Below, piece after piece: positions 27,028 to 35,802 of a stretch of 60,110 bases of DNA. The position numbers and the translations under genes are program-made. The stretch is from contig JBHHYI010000003.1 of the NCBI GenBank assembly GCA_046757525.1, positions 1 to 60,110 on the forward strand. Reading direction: 5' to 3'. This DNA is from a bacterium (GTDB taxonomy: Bacteria > Zhuqueibacterota > Zhuqueibacteria > Oceanimicrobiales > Oceanimicrobiaceae). The notes under the pieces were generated by a model. The model ran no database searches and was not told the DNA's origin. It worked only from the letters and a program-made list of their open reading frames with translations. Each line of letters opens with the position of its first letter. Position 1 is the stretch's first letter.

Positions 27028-28116
27028 TCAGGCAGTTCGGACCTGCAACACGTCCGTGTCGGTAAACAACACGTGGTCATGTAGATAGTGCATGAGCAAG
27101 AAGGTCAGAACGGTTATGTAGTACGATTGATCTTTGGATAAACCCACCACGTGCTGCAGAAACATGATGATGGCTACCGTGCTGACCGTAACCGCCACCA
27201 CCGTCAGATAAAAAGCAATCCCGTTGTTGTTCTTTCGAGATATTTTCTTCACGAAGCTTGACGAAATCTCCCCGCGCTCGCTTCGGAGTCTGTTGATGTA
27301 CCAGGTCAAGCCCAGATATTGAAATGAATGCCACGTGTTCATGCCTTGAAAAGCAACGTCCAAGTCATGAAACGTGGGAATCAAGAATGCCGAGAAGGCT
27401 GTAACGTAAATAAGCAAAACCTTAGGCCAAAGGACAGTACCTTCTTTGACTTCTTGCACGGTCTTCTTGGTAAAAAGAACCAGAAAAACTACAAAGATCA
27501 ATACGAATAACATCCAAAACCAATCCCCTCGCAAGACCTCCGGAAACGGCATTTTGTTGCTGCCGATAACAAACGTGCCCCGCACCATCCGCCTAAAAGC
27601 GAGTGGATAAAGACTGGTGAGGACCACGGCATAGTCGATAACACGGGACTTCACAGAAAGCGTTTTGGGACTTTTGGTGTTGTAACATTCCACCAGGTAA
27701 ACGATCTGGTGCAAAACATGGATAGAGGCCCAGAAAAAAAAGACCGTTAGCAGGATAATAAAGTTGCTCAGGCCAAGCCAAATGACGCCGACCGGGATCA
27801 ACAGCGAACCCACCATGATTTTGGGATGGGTTTTGATAAAGGACTTCTCCATCGCGGTGCGGGTAAAAGTGGCATACATGTGAGGCCCACCAACCGCAAC
27901 GGTAACCGCAAGGGCTACAACCGTTCTCACAGCGGCCTGCGAGATTCCCACAAAATTGTGCAGAATCAAATTAAGAACCAGTGGCAAGGCAATAAGAGAG
28001 GCACTCAGGATGATAAAGATCAAGTCCCACTGCTTGTTATAAATCCAATAGTTCCTTTCCGTTCGCAGGTCAGCGGCTTTGGCAGAAACCGCAAAAGAGT
28101 TTGTACTGATACCCAT
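27028..28116 (-). CDS. Polytopic membrane protein of unknown function
   Basis: Strong RBS (AGGAGG) before the ATG at 28116 and about 9 hydrophobic helices. Recurrent His-containing motifs (GGPHMYATFTRT, IHVLHQIVY, WHSFQY, MHYLHDH). Confidence 0.6.
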   Translation of the reverse strand: MGISTNSFAVSAKAADLRTERNYWIYNKQWDLIFIILSASLIALPLVLNLILHNFVGISQAAVRTVVALAVTVAVGGPHMYATFTRTAMEKSFIKTHPKIMVGSLLIPVGVIWLGLSNFIILLTVFFFWASIHVLHQIVYLVECYNTKSPKTLSVKSRVIDYAVVLTSLYPLAFRRMVRGTFVIGSNKMPFPEVLRGDWFWMLFVLIFVVFLVLFTKKTVQEVKEGTVLWPKVLLIYVTAFSAFLIPTFHDLDVAFQGMNTWHSFQYLGLTWYINRLRSERGEISSSFVKKISRKNNNGIAFYLTVVAVTVSTVAIIMFLQHVVGLSKDQSYYITVLTFLLMHYLHDHVLFTDTDVLQVRTA

Positions 28117-28739
28117 GTTTACCTCCTTTCCGTTTTATTTTAAGATCAAATAAATTTCTAATTGAACCGTTGCAAAAGTCGACGCAAGGTATACCCATCA
28201 AGTCGGCACCCGACCGATGAAAAAAATCGACGGCTTGTTTGGTCTTACGCCGGTTGGGCAAAGCAAGCGCATGCTTGAGGGTCTCTGGACAAAATGCCTG
28301 GACCTGGTGTTTTTAGCTTAAATCAGACACACTGGCCGACCATTTTGAGCTGAACCACAACTCATCACGATCTGAACAAATGTGTTTTTGAACAAAAGAG
28401 GAAAGGAAAATGATAAGGATTTAACTCAGTTTTGGACTCTAATTGGCTCCTCCCTCTCCAATCCTGAATCGAATAAAGTTCGAGCAATTTAATAAAATAA
28501 TAATCTTAAAACAAGAATTAATTACAAAAAGTTAAATATTACTCTTCTCTAACAATGCCAACCACTCTCGGTATTCCAGAAGGACTTGTATAATAGAAAT
28601 AAACTTCGACAGCCTTGCTTAGGGAATCAGGGTCGACCATTGATCCTGTGTGGTATTGTTGGAGCTTGGAATTTTCTTACAAAATATGCAAAAGTTGACG
28701 AGTCACACTATTAGAGCCTCCTCTGGTTCGCACCCGGAG

Positions 28740-30476
28740 TTAATTTTGTCTGGTCAAAGCAACGATCTGTGGGGCCGCTGTAGACTCAGAAGGGTAGTAG
28801 AAATGGAGTTCTAAATATTTCCCCCAGGAACCATGCTCGCCTCTCTTCGTTTGAATCTTGAAGGTCCAAATTCTTTCTTCCTCTCGAATATGGCCTGGGA
28901 AGTTCTCAATGGCTTGCTTGGTTTCACCCTCTAACGACAAATACGGTCGGGCTTTAACAACAAAATAATCGGTCAAATCCTGGTCCCGGTATTTTAGCTT
29001 ATAGCGGTAGTATGTCTGTGCAGCCTTCTCAAACCCTCCCTGGACCGCTAAGTCTACGAATTCAATACCCTGGTGTTCCTCCTCGCCTGGGGTAAAGCGA
29101 AAATCGTCTAACGGATTTACTTTTCCGTACCAATAGCGACCCGTTTTGTCACGACGTTCGACAAGGGTCCTGATCACGTACTCTCTGTCCTGCGGGCGCG
29201 CATATTGTCCTGTCTCGACAATGGCACGAATCTGCTCGTCGGTGAACGACATGACAACTTTGGCGCCCCAAAATTCGTCCAATTCGGTAGCCTTTTGAAA
29301 AGCTGGGTTTGGCACAACAAACTTGTAATTGCCAGGATTGAACAGTCTGGATTCGAAATAGCCCACCGACGGGGTTATGATTTTGGGTTCTTTTTCCCAG
29401 GCACGGACCCAAAGACCCAAGGTAAACATTCTCAACGCAATTTTGCCCAAATCGAATCCCCCTTCATGTCCACGCGAGGTAGGTGCGGGCCCGGTGCCAT
29501 CGCTGCCTAAGGAAGAAGCAAGCCCGGTGATATAATGTCGCAGGAACCGTTTGCCATTTTCGGTCACATACAAATCCAGGGTATTGAGCGCCATGGTATC
29601 GAACAAATTCAACCACGCCGCGATCACCTTGTACCCCCGCAGTTCCCGGCGGTGATGATGAGAAATGTGCTCATTGGCGTCGTCCTTGCGAACGCTGTTG
29701 TACCTGAATGGGCCCACCCGTTCTCCGTGTAAAGATTTCGCAGCCAGGGCTCGATAGGTTCCGTCAGGATTGGGCTCTGCCTGGTCCAATATTTTTCCAA
29801 GGTCCTCATATTTCATTGGAACATTGCGGCCCCAACGATTTCTAATCAACACGTGCTCACCAATGCGGAGTTGCTTGGCGTCGATGGCACACAAATAGGT
29901 TTCCGGAGTGTTGTAGCCAGCGCCGTAGACGAACTTTGTCGCGATGATCTCAGCCGCTGTGTTCAATTGCGGGAATCCCCTGGGGTCAAATCGCAGAATA
30001 TAGACATCCTTTCGACGGTCCTTGATGACAAAGCCCGGGGCCTTGCCCACACCTTTCACACTAATAATGGTGAGAAGTCCGCTCAAGTCAGGACCTGATC
30101 CCCGATTTGGACCGCGTTTAAGCGCCTCCAGGCTCATGGGGTGGGCGCCATTGCGATTAGTAAACCAGGACGAATTGGGGACCTCACCCAAGGCATTTAT
30201 GTTCTTAGCTTGCTTGTGGTGATTTGTGAGTTTGCGAACATGCCAGGTAACATTCACAAACTCATCGATCTCATTTCCAAAAATCTTGTCGATGGCGTCC
30301 CCGTAAAAGCTAACTCGATCTTCTTTGGGTTTGGGAATGTTTTCCGTATCGTTCTCTTCTGTGACGAGAGGCCGCCGGACGTAATATTTTCGAGAAGAAC
30401 AATTCAGGCTGAAACACAGGAGTGGCAAAGCTACGACTGCCACCGACCACCTTCTTTGGTTCAGAATCTCCACCAT
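28740..30476 (-). CDS. Large lipoprotein of unknown function
   Basis: The ATG at 30476 lies 1 nt after the Omp85-family stop. Lipobox LLCFSLNCSS. It carries the conserved-looking segment NALGEVPNSSWFTNR. No domain recognised with confidence. Confidence 0.6.
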   Translation of the reverse strand: MVEILNQRRWSVAVVALPLLCFSLNCSSRKYYVRRPLVTEENDTENIPKPKEDRVSFYGDAIDKIFGNEIDEFVNVTWHVRKLTNHHKQAKNINALGEVPNSSWFTNRNGAHPMSLEALKRGPNRGSGPDLSGLLTIISVKGVGKAPGFVIKDRRKDVYILRFDPRGFPQLNTAAEIIATKFVYGAGYNTPETYLCAIDAKQLRIGEHVLIRNRWGRNVPMKYEDLGKILDQAEPNPDGTYRALAAKSLHGERVGPFRYNSVRKDDANEHISHHHRRELRGYKVIAAWLNLFDTMALNTLDLYVTENGKRFLRHYITGLASSLGSDGTGPAPTSRGHEGGFDLGKIALRMFTLGLWVRAWEKEPKIITPSVGYFESRLFNPGNYKFVVPNPAFQKATELDEFWGAKVVMSFTDEQIRAIVETGQYARPQDREYVIRTLVERRDKTGRYWYGKVNPLDDFRFTPGEEEHQGIEFVDLAVQGGFEKAAQTYYRYKLKYRDQDLTDYFVVKARPYLSLEGETKQAIENFPGHIREEERIWTFKIQTKRGEHGSWGKYLELHFYYPSESTAAPQIVALTRQN

Positions 30477-30477
30477 G

Positions 30478-31794
30478 TCAAAGCTTCCGTAAATCTTCAT
30501 TCAGGGAAAAGGAGAAGCGAATTCCTTCGGATCCTCGGGTGATTTCAACGATGGCCACCAAACCTCCTTTCTTTGAATGGAAGCGAAGGCCACCGCCAAT
30601 AGCGTATTTGAAATCGTGCAAACTAAACCGGTCGAACAGGTCGGAAAACACGCGGCCCTCTTCGCCAAAGCCTACGGCGTCCACCACCGGGTAGATCGGA
30701 AACCGGTACTCAAGGCCGACGACCATGGAGTCGTTGTCGCGAAAGCGGCCAGATCGGAAGCCGCGGAACACGTTTCTACCACCCAAACTGCTCAGTCGAA
30801 AAAATGGCGTCTCTCTGTTGTTAAGGCCGTCTGTAATTTCAGTGCGGGCCCTTAACACCAGCACCCGGTTATAAAACAGGTGGACGTAGCGCCGCAGATC
30901 GAGGATGAACTTTCGATAGCCAAATTCGCTACCGCCGAGCTCCTTGGACAGTTCAAACGAAAAGTACGCCTCGCCGCCCCTGGTGGGGTTGCCCGTGCGG
31001 TTTCTGGAATCGCGATAAATGCTGAATACCAGAGAGCCCATTTCAGCCCCAAACAGACCTGGCACCTCGTCTGGCGAAAATACATCCTGGGTCGAAGGGG
31101 TGCTGGAATCTCGCCCTCTGAAGATGTCTACATTGCTGAAAACAAACCCTAAGCTAAAGATGAACTTCTCAATGAGATTGGACAGGATGGCGATCTGCAA
31201 ATTGCTCTCCCGGTGCAGGTAGTTGGTTTCGTCCTGTTCCGGAGCATGGTTTCCGATGCCAAAAAAATCTTCATCAGGGAGTCTTTGATAGAAGCCTTGC
31301 AGCTCCAGTCCGAACTTGGAAGAGAATAGCCGAGGGTCGATTAAGCCACCGGAGAAGAATCTTCGCGACCTGAGGCCAAAAGTTCCGAGCGCGCGAAAGT
31401 CCAAGCCTTGCTTAGAAAAGTTGTCCTGGATGAAGGTCAGGCCGCCGCCCATGGCAGGTGTAAAAACAGGCCGGACCCGTCTGGTGCCGTCTTCGTTCGT
31501 CAGCAAATCCGTGGTTTTGAGCATCAGGGAATGGACATCGAAAAAACCCGCTGTTTTGCTGGCTCCCAAAAACAGCAATTTCAGCGGGAACACAATAATC
31601 TTACCCGGCAAGGCAACCAAATCTTCAACCAGGCTATCGCCTGTGTCGCGTTCCTCAACTGGGATTTGTTCTTTGGGAATCTCTTTGTCTTTTTTTCTTT
31701 CCTGTGCCCAACTGGACCCTAACAGTGAAATGAGCGTGAAGACGGTCAAGAGAATATTCGGTCGCAAAGGCATGGTCAAATGAATCTGGTGCAA
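30478..31794 (-). CDS. Omp85/BamA-family outer-membrane beta-barrel protein without evident POTRA domains
   Basis: Signal peptide, and only about 100 aa before the barrel. Barrel motifs are LGGRNVFRGFRSGRFRD and a C-terminal GGGLRFHS..GLVAIVEITRGSEG.RFSFSL. Confidence 0.7.
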   Translation of the reverse strand: MHQIHLTMPLRPNILLTVFTLISLLGSSWAQERKKDKEIPKEQIPVEERDTGDSLVEDLVALPGKIIVFPLKLLFLGASKTAGFFDVHSLMLKTTDLLTNEDGTRRVRPVFTPAMGGGLTFIQDNFSKQGLDFRALGTFGLRSRRFFSGGLIDPRLFSSKFGLELQGFYQRLPDEDFFGIGNHAPEQDETNYLHRESNLQIAILSNLIEKFIFSLGFVFSNVDIFRGRDSSTPSTQDVFSPDEVPGLFGAEMGSLVFSIYRDSRNRTGNPTRGGEAYFSFELSKELGGSEFGYRKFILDLRRYVHLFYNRVLVLRARTEITDGLNNRETPFFRLSSLGGRNVFRGFRSGRFRDNDSMVVGLEYRFPIYPVVDAVGFGEEGRVFSDLFDRFSLHDFKYAIGGGLRFHSKKGGLVAIVEITRGSEGIRFSFSLNEDLRKL

Positions 31795-32114
31795 ATTTCT
31801 GAAAAAACTGCTGAGGACGACAATAGACGAAAGAAATTATGAACGATCAGTAAACAAGTTAATTTTATTTCAAGAAAATGCAAGCAAATATTTATCTTCA
31901 TTTCTTTTTTGTAAGTCAAATTACATTTGTGTATTGAAATTTCTTTAGCCCTGTCGCCCTGTATCGGTTTTTTCAACCTTAGACAAAATGAGTCGCCGCT
32001 CAGAAACCAGGCCTTTAAAAGGTTGCCTAATTTACAAACAAACAACCACTAAAAGCAAATGAGTCCTGGAGATTTTTCCGATCCGCCGCAGTGGTTTGGC
32101 GACCCGCTTACATT

Positions 32115-32129
32115 TGGTACTATTCTTGC
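32115..32129 (+). promoter_or_regulatory. Sigma-54-type -24/-12 promoter candidate for the 32218-42384 operon
   Basis: TGGTAC-tattc-TTGC has GG and GC at the consensus 12-nt register, with a single mismatch to TGGCAC-N5-TTGC. It lies 90 nt before the first start codon. A hairpin GAGCCGGA..TCCGGCTC sits in the leader. Confidence 0.4.
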
Positions 32130-32217
32130 CTAAGAGGCTGAGCAATTAGCAGTCTGGTGAAATTCACTCAGGCCGTTGGTGGAGCCGGAAGGGAGTCCGG
32201 CTCAAAGTGAAACCTAA

Positions 32218-33957
32218 ATGGGATGCGAGGATTTTATGACAAATAAACCAGGGAGTGGTTTGAAACATCTCGTCACGCGCTTCGTTGCTGCACTTTGCGT
32301 CGTTCACATGGCCTGTACCGCAGCGTGGACCCAAGGGTTAAACGTGTTGAATCCGGCGGACCGAGGCATCCCCTGGACCTCGGAATTCAATCCGGCTGTG
32401 ATTTCATTTCAAGATGCCAAAATCTCCCTGGGTCTGAAGGTGCTGCACCTGGGCTTTGTGCCCGATGCCGCCATCGGTCTGAGTGAAAACCGTTTAAACA
32501 TCAGCCTTCCTTTCTATTTGCCCAACCAGATCGGCGTGGGCCTAGACGTGCGCTATTTTTCCGCTGGTCTGTATTCCGAAGTGGCCGCCGCACTGCTGTT
32601 CAGCAGAGAAATGTTCTACCACTTTTCTTTGGGGACGAAAATTGGTTTGGAGCGCCGCTCCTACAACAAAGACAAGTTCAATGTGGTCGACCCGGACGAC
32701 CCGGTGCTGATTGGAAATCTCGGCGTCAACAGTCTCAATCTCGGCTTTGGCATCTACTGGAATCCAGGCAACCTGGCCTTTGGCGTGGGCGTAGACCATG
32801 CCAACCGCTCCAACATCGGGGTCAAGAGCCGGGCCCTGCTGCCGCAAGAAATTTCTGGTGCAGTCGGTTACAAAATCGGCCTGTTGACACCCACGCTGGT
32901 TGTGCACGCCGACGGCACGCGCACCCGCGTCGGATTTTCCTTGACTGCCGCGCCCACGCAAGCCGGCACCTTCCGATTGGGTTATGAAAGCGGCATGCCG
33001 GTGAAGCTGGAGGCGAGTCTCAACCTTTCTAAAAACAATAACCTGCGTTACGGCATCGACTTGCCTACCGAAGGCACCCGAAAAGCTTCCGTTGGCTCGC
33101 ATGAATTCACCTACAGTCACGTCTTTGCGCGAGAACCCGACATCGCTACCCCCGACCTCTTGCTTTCAACCCGTGAGCTGCGGGTTTTGCAGGAAACCGT
33201 GGTGCGCAGCATGCCGGCAAATCTGGACCTTGAACGCTTGGCTGCGGTTGCGGAACTCACCAACGATTTCGTCTCTCCGGACAGTCGAGCTGAAAATGTC
33301 GTGACGATTTCGGCAGGCGCTCTCAGTCAACACGAAGACCGGGCAGGCCGTCGGGAGCGCTTCACACGGCTTGCGGCGGAGATTTCCAAAATCGTGCAAC
33401 AGAACCCCGATTTGAGACTCCTGCTGCGCACCGATGCCCGTTCAGTGGCAGACGCCCGTCTCTTGAAATATTACCTGCAACGTAAGAACCTGGTGAGCTT
33501 GGACAAGATTCAAATCGTCAAAAGCAGCGCTTCAGGGCCGGCAGACCTTGCCGGGTTCGAACCCGGCCATTTTACCGTGACCCGCAAAAGGCCGCAACTG
33601 TCGGCCAACACTCTGAACATTCGACTGCGCGTGCCTGGTAAAGTGCGCCGCACCAAGAAATGGCAGCTAAAAATATTCGACTCGCGGGGAAAACTGGTCA
33701 ACACTTTTTCCTCTAAAGGCAACCTGCCCGAGATGCTGGTCTGGGACTGGCGGGACCGTCGCGGACATCTGGTGCCCCCTGGCAGGTACGCCTTCCAGGT
33801 GAGGGTTCAGACCAAGAGTGGGAAAATCAAAGTTTCAGATTTACAGCGGGTAACCGTTACGCAGATTCAGCGCACGGTCAAGCTCAAATTCAAAGCCGAA
33901 CCCGTAGAACGAACCAGCGAATCTTTTCGCAAAAGAACAAGCATAAGTGGGCTTTAA
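32218..33957 (+). CDS. Secreted protein: N-terminal beta-barrel-like region (possibly PorP/SprF-like), degenerate OmpA-like segment, C-terminal FlgD-Ig-like domain
   Basis: Signal peptide (alternative ATG at 32236). The first roughly 300 aa have alternating strands ending in aromatic residues. C-terminal WQLKIFDSRGKLV..LVWDWRDRRGHLVPPGRYAFQV is the FlgD-Ig-like pattern. The barrel family assignment is tentative. Confidence 0.5.
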   Translation: MGCEDFMTNKPGSGLKHLVTRFVAALCVVHMACTAAWTQGLNVLNPADRGIPWTSEFNPAVISFQDAKISLGLKVLHLGFVPDAAIGLSENRLNISLPFYLPNQIGVGLDVRYFSAGLYSEVAAALLFSREMFYHFSLGTKIGLERRSYNKDKFNVVDPDDPVLIGNLGVNSLNLGFGIYWNPGNLAFGVGVDHANRSNIGVKSRALLPQEISGAVGYKIGLLTPTLVVHADGTRTRVGFSLTAAPTQAGTFRLGYESGMPVKLEASLNLSKNNNLRYGIDLPTEGTRKASVGSHEFTYSHVFAREPDIATPDLLLSTRELRVLQETVVRSMPANLDLERLAAVAELTNDFVSPDSRAENVVTISAGALSQHEDRAGRRERFTRLAAEISKIVQQNPDLRLLLRTDARSVADARLLKYYLQRKNLVSLDKIQIVKSSASGPADLAGFEPGHFTVTRKRPQLSANTLNIRLRVPGKVRRTKKWQLKIFDSRGKLVNTFSSKGNLPEMLVWDWRDRRGHLVPPGRYAFQVRVQTKSGKIKVSDLQRVTVTQIQRTVKLKFKAEPVERTSESFRKRTSISGL

Positions 33958-33987
33958 ACCAAAACCTCATCAAGAAAACTAAGGAGA

Positions 33988-34902
33988 ATGATTGTGAAGC
34001 CAAACAATCGTAGCTTGCTGAACAAAAGAGGGCTGTTAGCCAGTTTATTTTGCATCTTAGTGCTCATGATTTTCTTGAGCACCACGGCGCAAAGTGTTGG
34101 AAAAAACAAGGGCGCTTCCAATTCCGGGCTTAGAAAGGCCGCTCAAACCGTTCCCACTGAAAATGTGGAGGAAGAATCCGGCCAGCAGGAGATGACAGTT
34201 TGGGACATCATCCAGATGACCGACTGGTTGTTCTGGCCGTTTGTGTTGATCTCTACTGTCGGGGTGCTGCTCATCGTTTTCCGCTCTTTGCTCGAATACC
34301 AGGAGAAAACGCGGGCTCAGAATCTGTTGAATCAACTGGTGCACGTACGCGATATGCGTTCGCTGCAGCGCGCGGTGCACCAAAGTCCCAAGAACCGTGC
34401 CTCGCGATTGTTCAAGCAGATAATTTCTACTTTTAACAAGACCGGACGCGCGGAGCCAATCCGGGAAGAGGCCAATCAGATACTAAATGCAGAACGCGAC
34501 TCCTTTGAAACCTTCAACCGCGTGTTGGGCTTTCTCTCCGACACCGCCGGGGCTCTGGGTTTGTTAGGCACGGTGTGGGGCATCTTTGCAACCTTTCACG
34601 GCGGCAAGCTGGATGGCCCGACGATCTTGCGCGGCATGAGTATTTCGCTGGTGACCACTCTGGTCGGTCTCATCATCAGTTTGATCCTGAACTTTGGCGT
34701 GACCACGGTGTTTGCCATGTTCAACCGACACATTAGCCTACTGTCTTCAAGAGCCGAAGAAGTGCGTCAAGCTTTGCTGAACCTGGAAAAGAATACGCAA
34801 AGACGTCACGTGGAATCCGCCAGAAGAAGGCGTTCGCCCGAGGAAGTGGTTCGCGTCCACGAATATGAAATGGCCGACGACGACAACGGCACCATTCTTT
34901 GA
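33988..34902 (+). CDS. exbB: MotA/TolQ/ExbB proton-channel family protein
   Basis: Three TM helices and the signature DTAGALGLLGTVWGIFATF ... MSISLVTTLVGLIISL. Confidence 0.85.
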   Translation: MIVKPNNRSLLNKRGLLASLFCILVLMIFLSTTAQSVGKNKGASNSGLRKAAQTVPTENVEEESGQQEMTVWDIIQMTDWLFWPFVLISTVGVLLIVFRSLLEYQEKTRAQNLLNQLVHVRDMRSLQRAVHQSPKNRASRLFKQIISTFNKTGRAEPIREEANQILNAERDSFETFNRVLGFLSDTAGALGLLGTVWGIFATFHGGKLDGPTILRGMSISLVTTLVGLIISLILNFGVTTVFAMFNRHISLLSSRAEEVRQALLNLEKNTQRRHVESARRRRSPEEVVRVHEYEMADDDNGTIL

Positions 34903-34928
34903 GCTCCTTCGCAACGCAATCATTGGCC

Positions 34929-35780
34929 ATGAAATACAATACGGTACAACTCAAAAGACTTGCGATTTCACCCGCATTAGGGCTGCTGTTCGCGGCTGGC
35001 ATGACTCTGTTTTTAGCTAAAACTGCTGTCAGCGAAGAACAAGCCTCCAAACAATCGAATGCAGCGGCCACAGTCTGGATTGACGATTCGCAAACTCAGC
35101 TCGTCGAAGGCACCCAATTCGACGTCAACATCCTGATCGGTACCGAATTAGCTCCGGTCACCGGACTTTTTGGACTCAGCTTCGAGCTGCACTATTCCGA
35201 CGACAAGTACTTTGAATTCATCGATCCCGTTGAAGCGGTGTCCGGTGCCTTTCTGGAGCCGGACACCTACACTTTTACCCGACACGAGCCTGAGAACAAG
35301 GTGTTCTTTCTGGCAGTGAGTCGCAAACGGGGGGCAGCGGGCCAAAGCGGGTACGGCCTGGTTCTGAGCTTGACGATCCAACTGAAGCAAGACGTCCCCG
35401 TGGGTTGGCAGACCTGTTTTGAAATCACCAACGTTTCTGCCAACGATTCGGTTGGCGCAAGCATTGCCGTGGAGGCCGGTTCAGAGGTCTGCTTCAATGC
35501 TGAAGAGCCGGCCATCGAGGTGATTCCCAACCCGTTCACGCCCAACGGGGACGGCTCCAACGACGCGGTTGAATTCAAGAGAGAAGGCGGCATCCCGGAG
35601 GATTGGACGATCCTGATCATGGACCGAGCGGGTCGAATCATTCGCCGCTTGACCGGTGGCCAGGACTTCTGGGACGGGCACGACCAGCAAGGACGCCTGA
35701 TGCTGCCCGGCACCTATCTTTACACGGTCAACGACCACAGCCGGCTGGCCAAACGCGGGCTGTTATGGCTGATTCTTTAG
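34929..35780 (+). CDS. Cohesin-like domain protein with CHU_C / T9SS type-B-like C-terminal domain
   Basis: Signal peptide; cohesin-like FDVNILIGTELAPVTGLFGLSFELHYSDDKYFEF; C-terminal NPFTPNGDGSNDAVEF .. ILIMDRAGRII .. WDGHDQQGRLMLPGTYLY. Confidence 0.55.
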   Translation: MKYNTVQLKRLAISPALGLLFAAGMTLFLAKTAVSEEQASKQSNAAATVWIDDSQTQLVEGTQFDVNILIGTELAPVTGLFGLSFELHYSDDKYFEFIDPVEAVSGAFLEPDTYTFTRHEPENKVFFLAVSRKRGAAGQSGYGLVLSLTIQLKQDVPVGWQTCFEITNVSANDSVGASIAVEAGSEVCFNAEEPAIEVIPNPFTPNGDGSNDAVEFKREGGIPEDWTILIMDRAGRIIRRLTGGQDFWDGHDQQGRLMLPGTYLYTVNDHSRLAKRGLLWLIL

Positions 35781-35802
35781 TGGCAACTCATGCGCTTCAA
35801 GC

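Noticed and set aside
31776-32045. 89-aa minus-strand ORF in the divergent promoter region between the Omp85-family gene and the motor/adhesin operon.
   Set aside because: It is AT-rich with unusual composition (Lys/Phe/Leu/Cys), overlaps the Omp85 start region, and has no RBS. It more likely lies in regulatory DNA.
33550-33575. tRNA-like T-arm GCCGGGTTCGAACCCGGC.
   Set aside because: It lies inside the 32218-33957 CDS. The loop length is wrong for a 5-bp T-stem with a 7-nt loop, and no acceptor, D or anticodon arms can be drawn from the upstream sequence.
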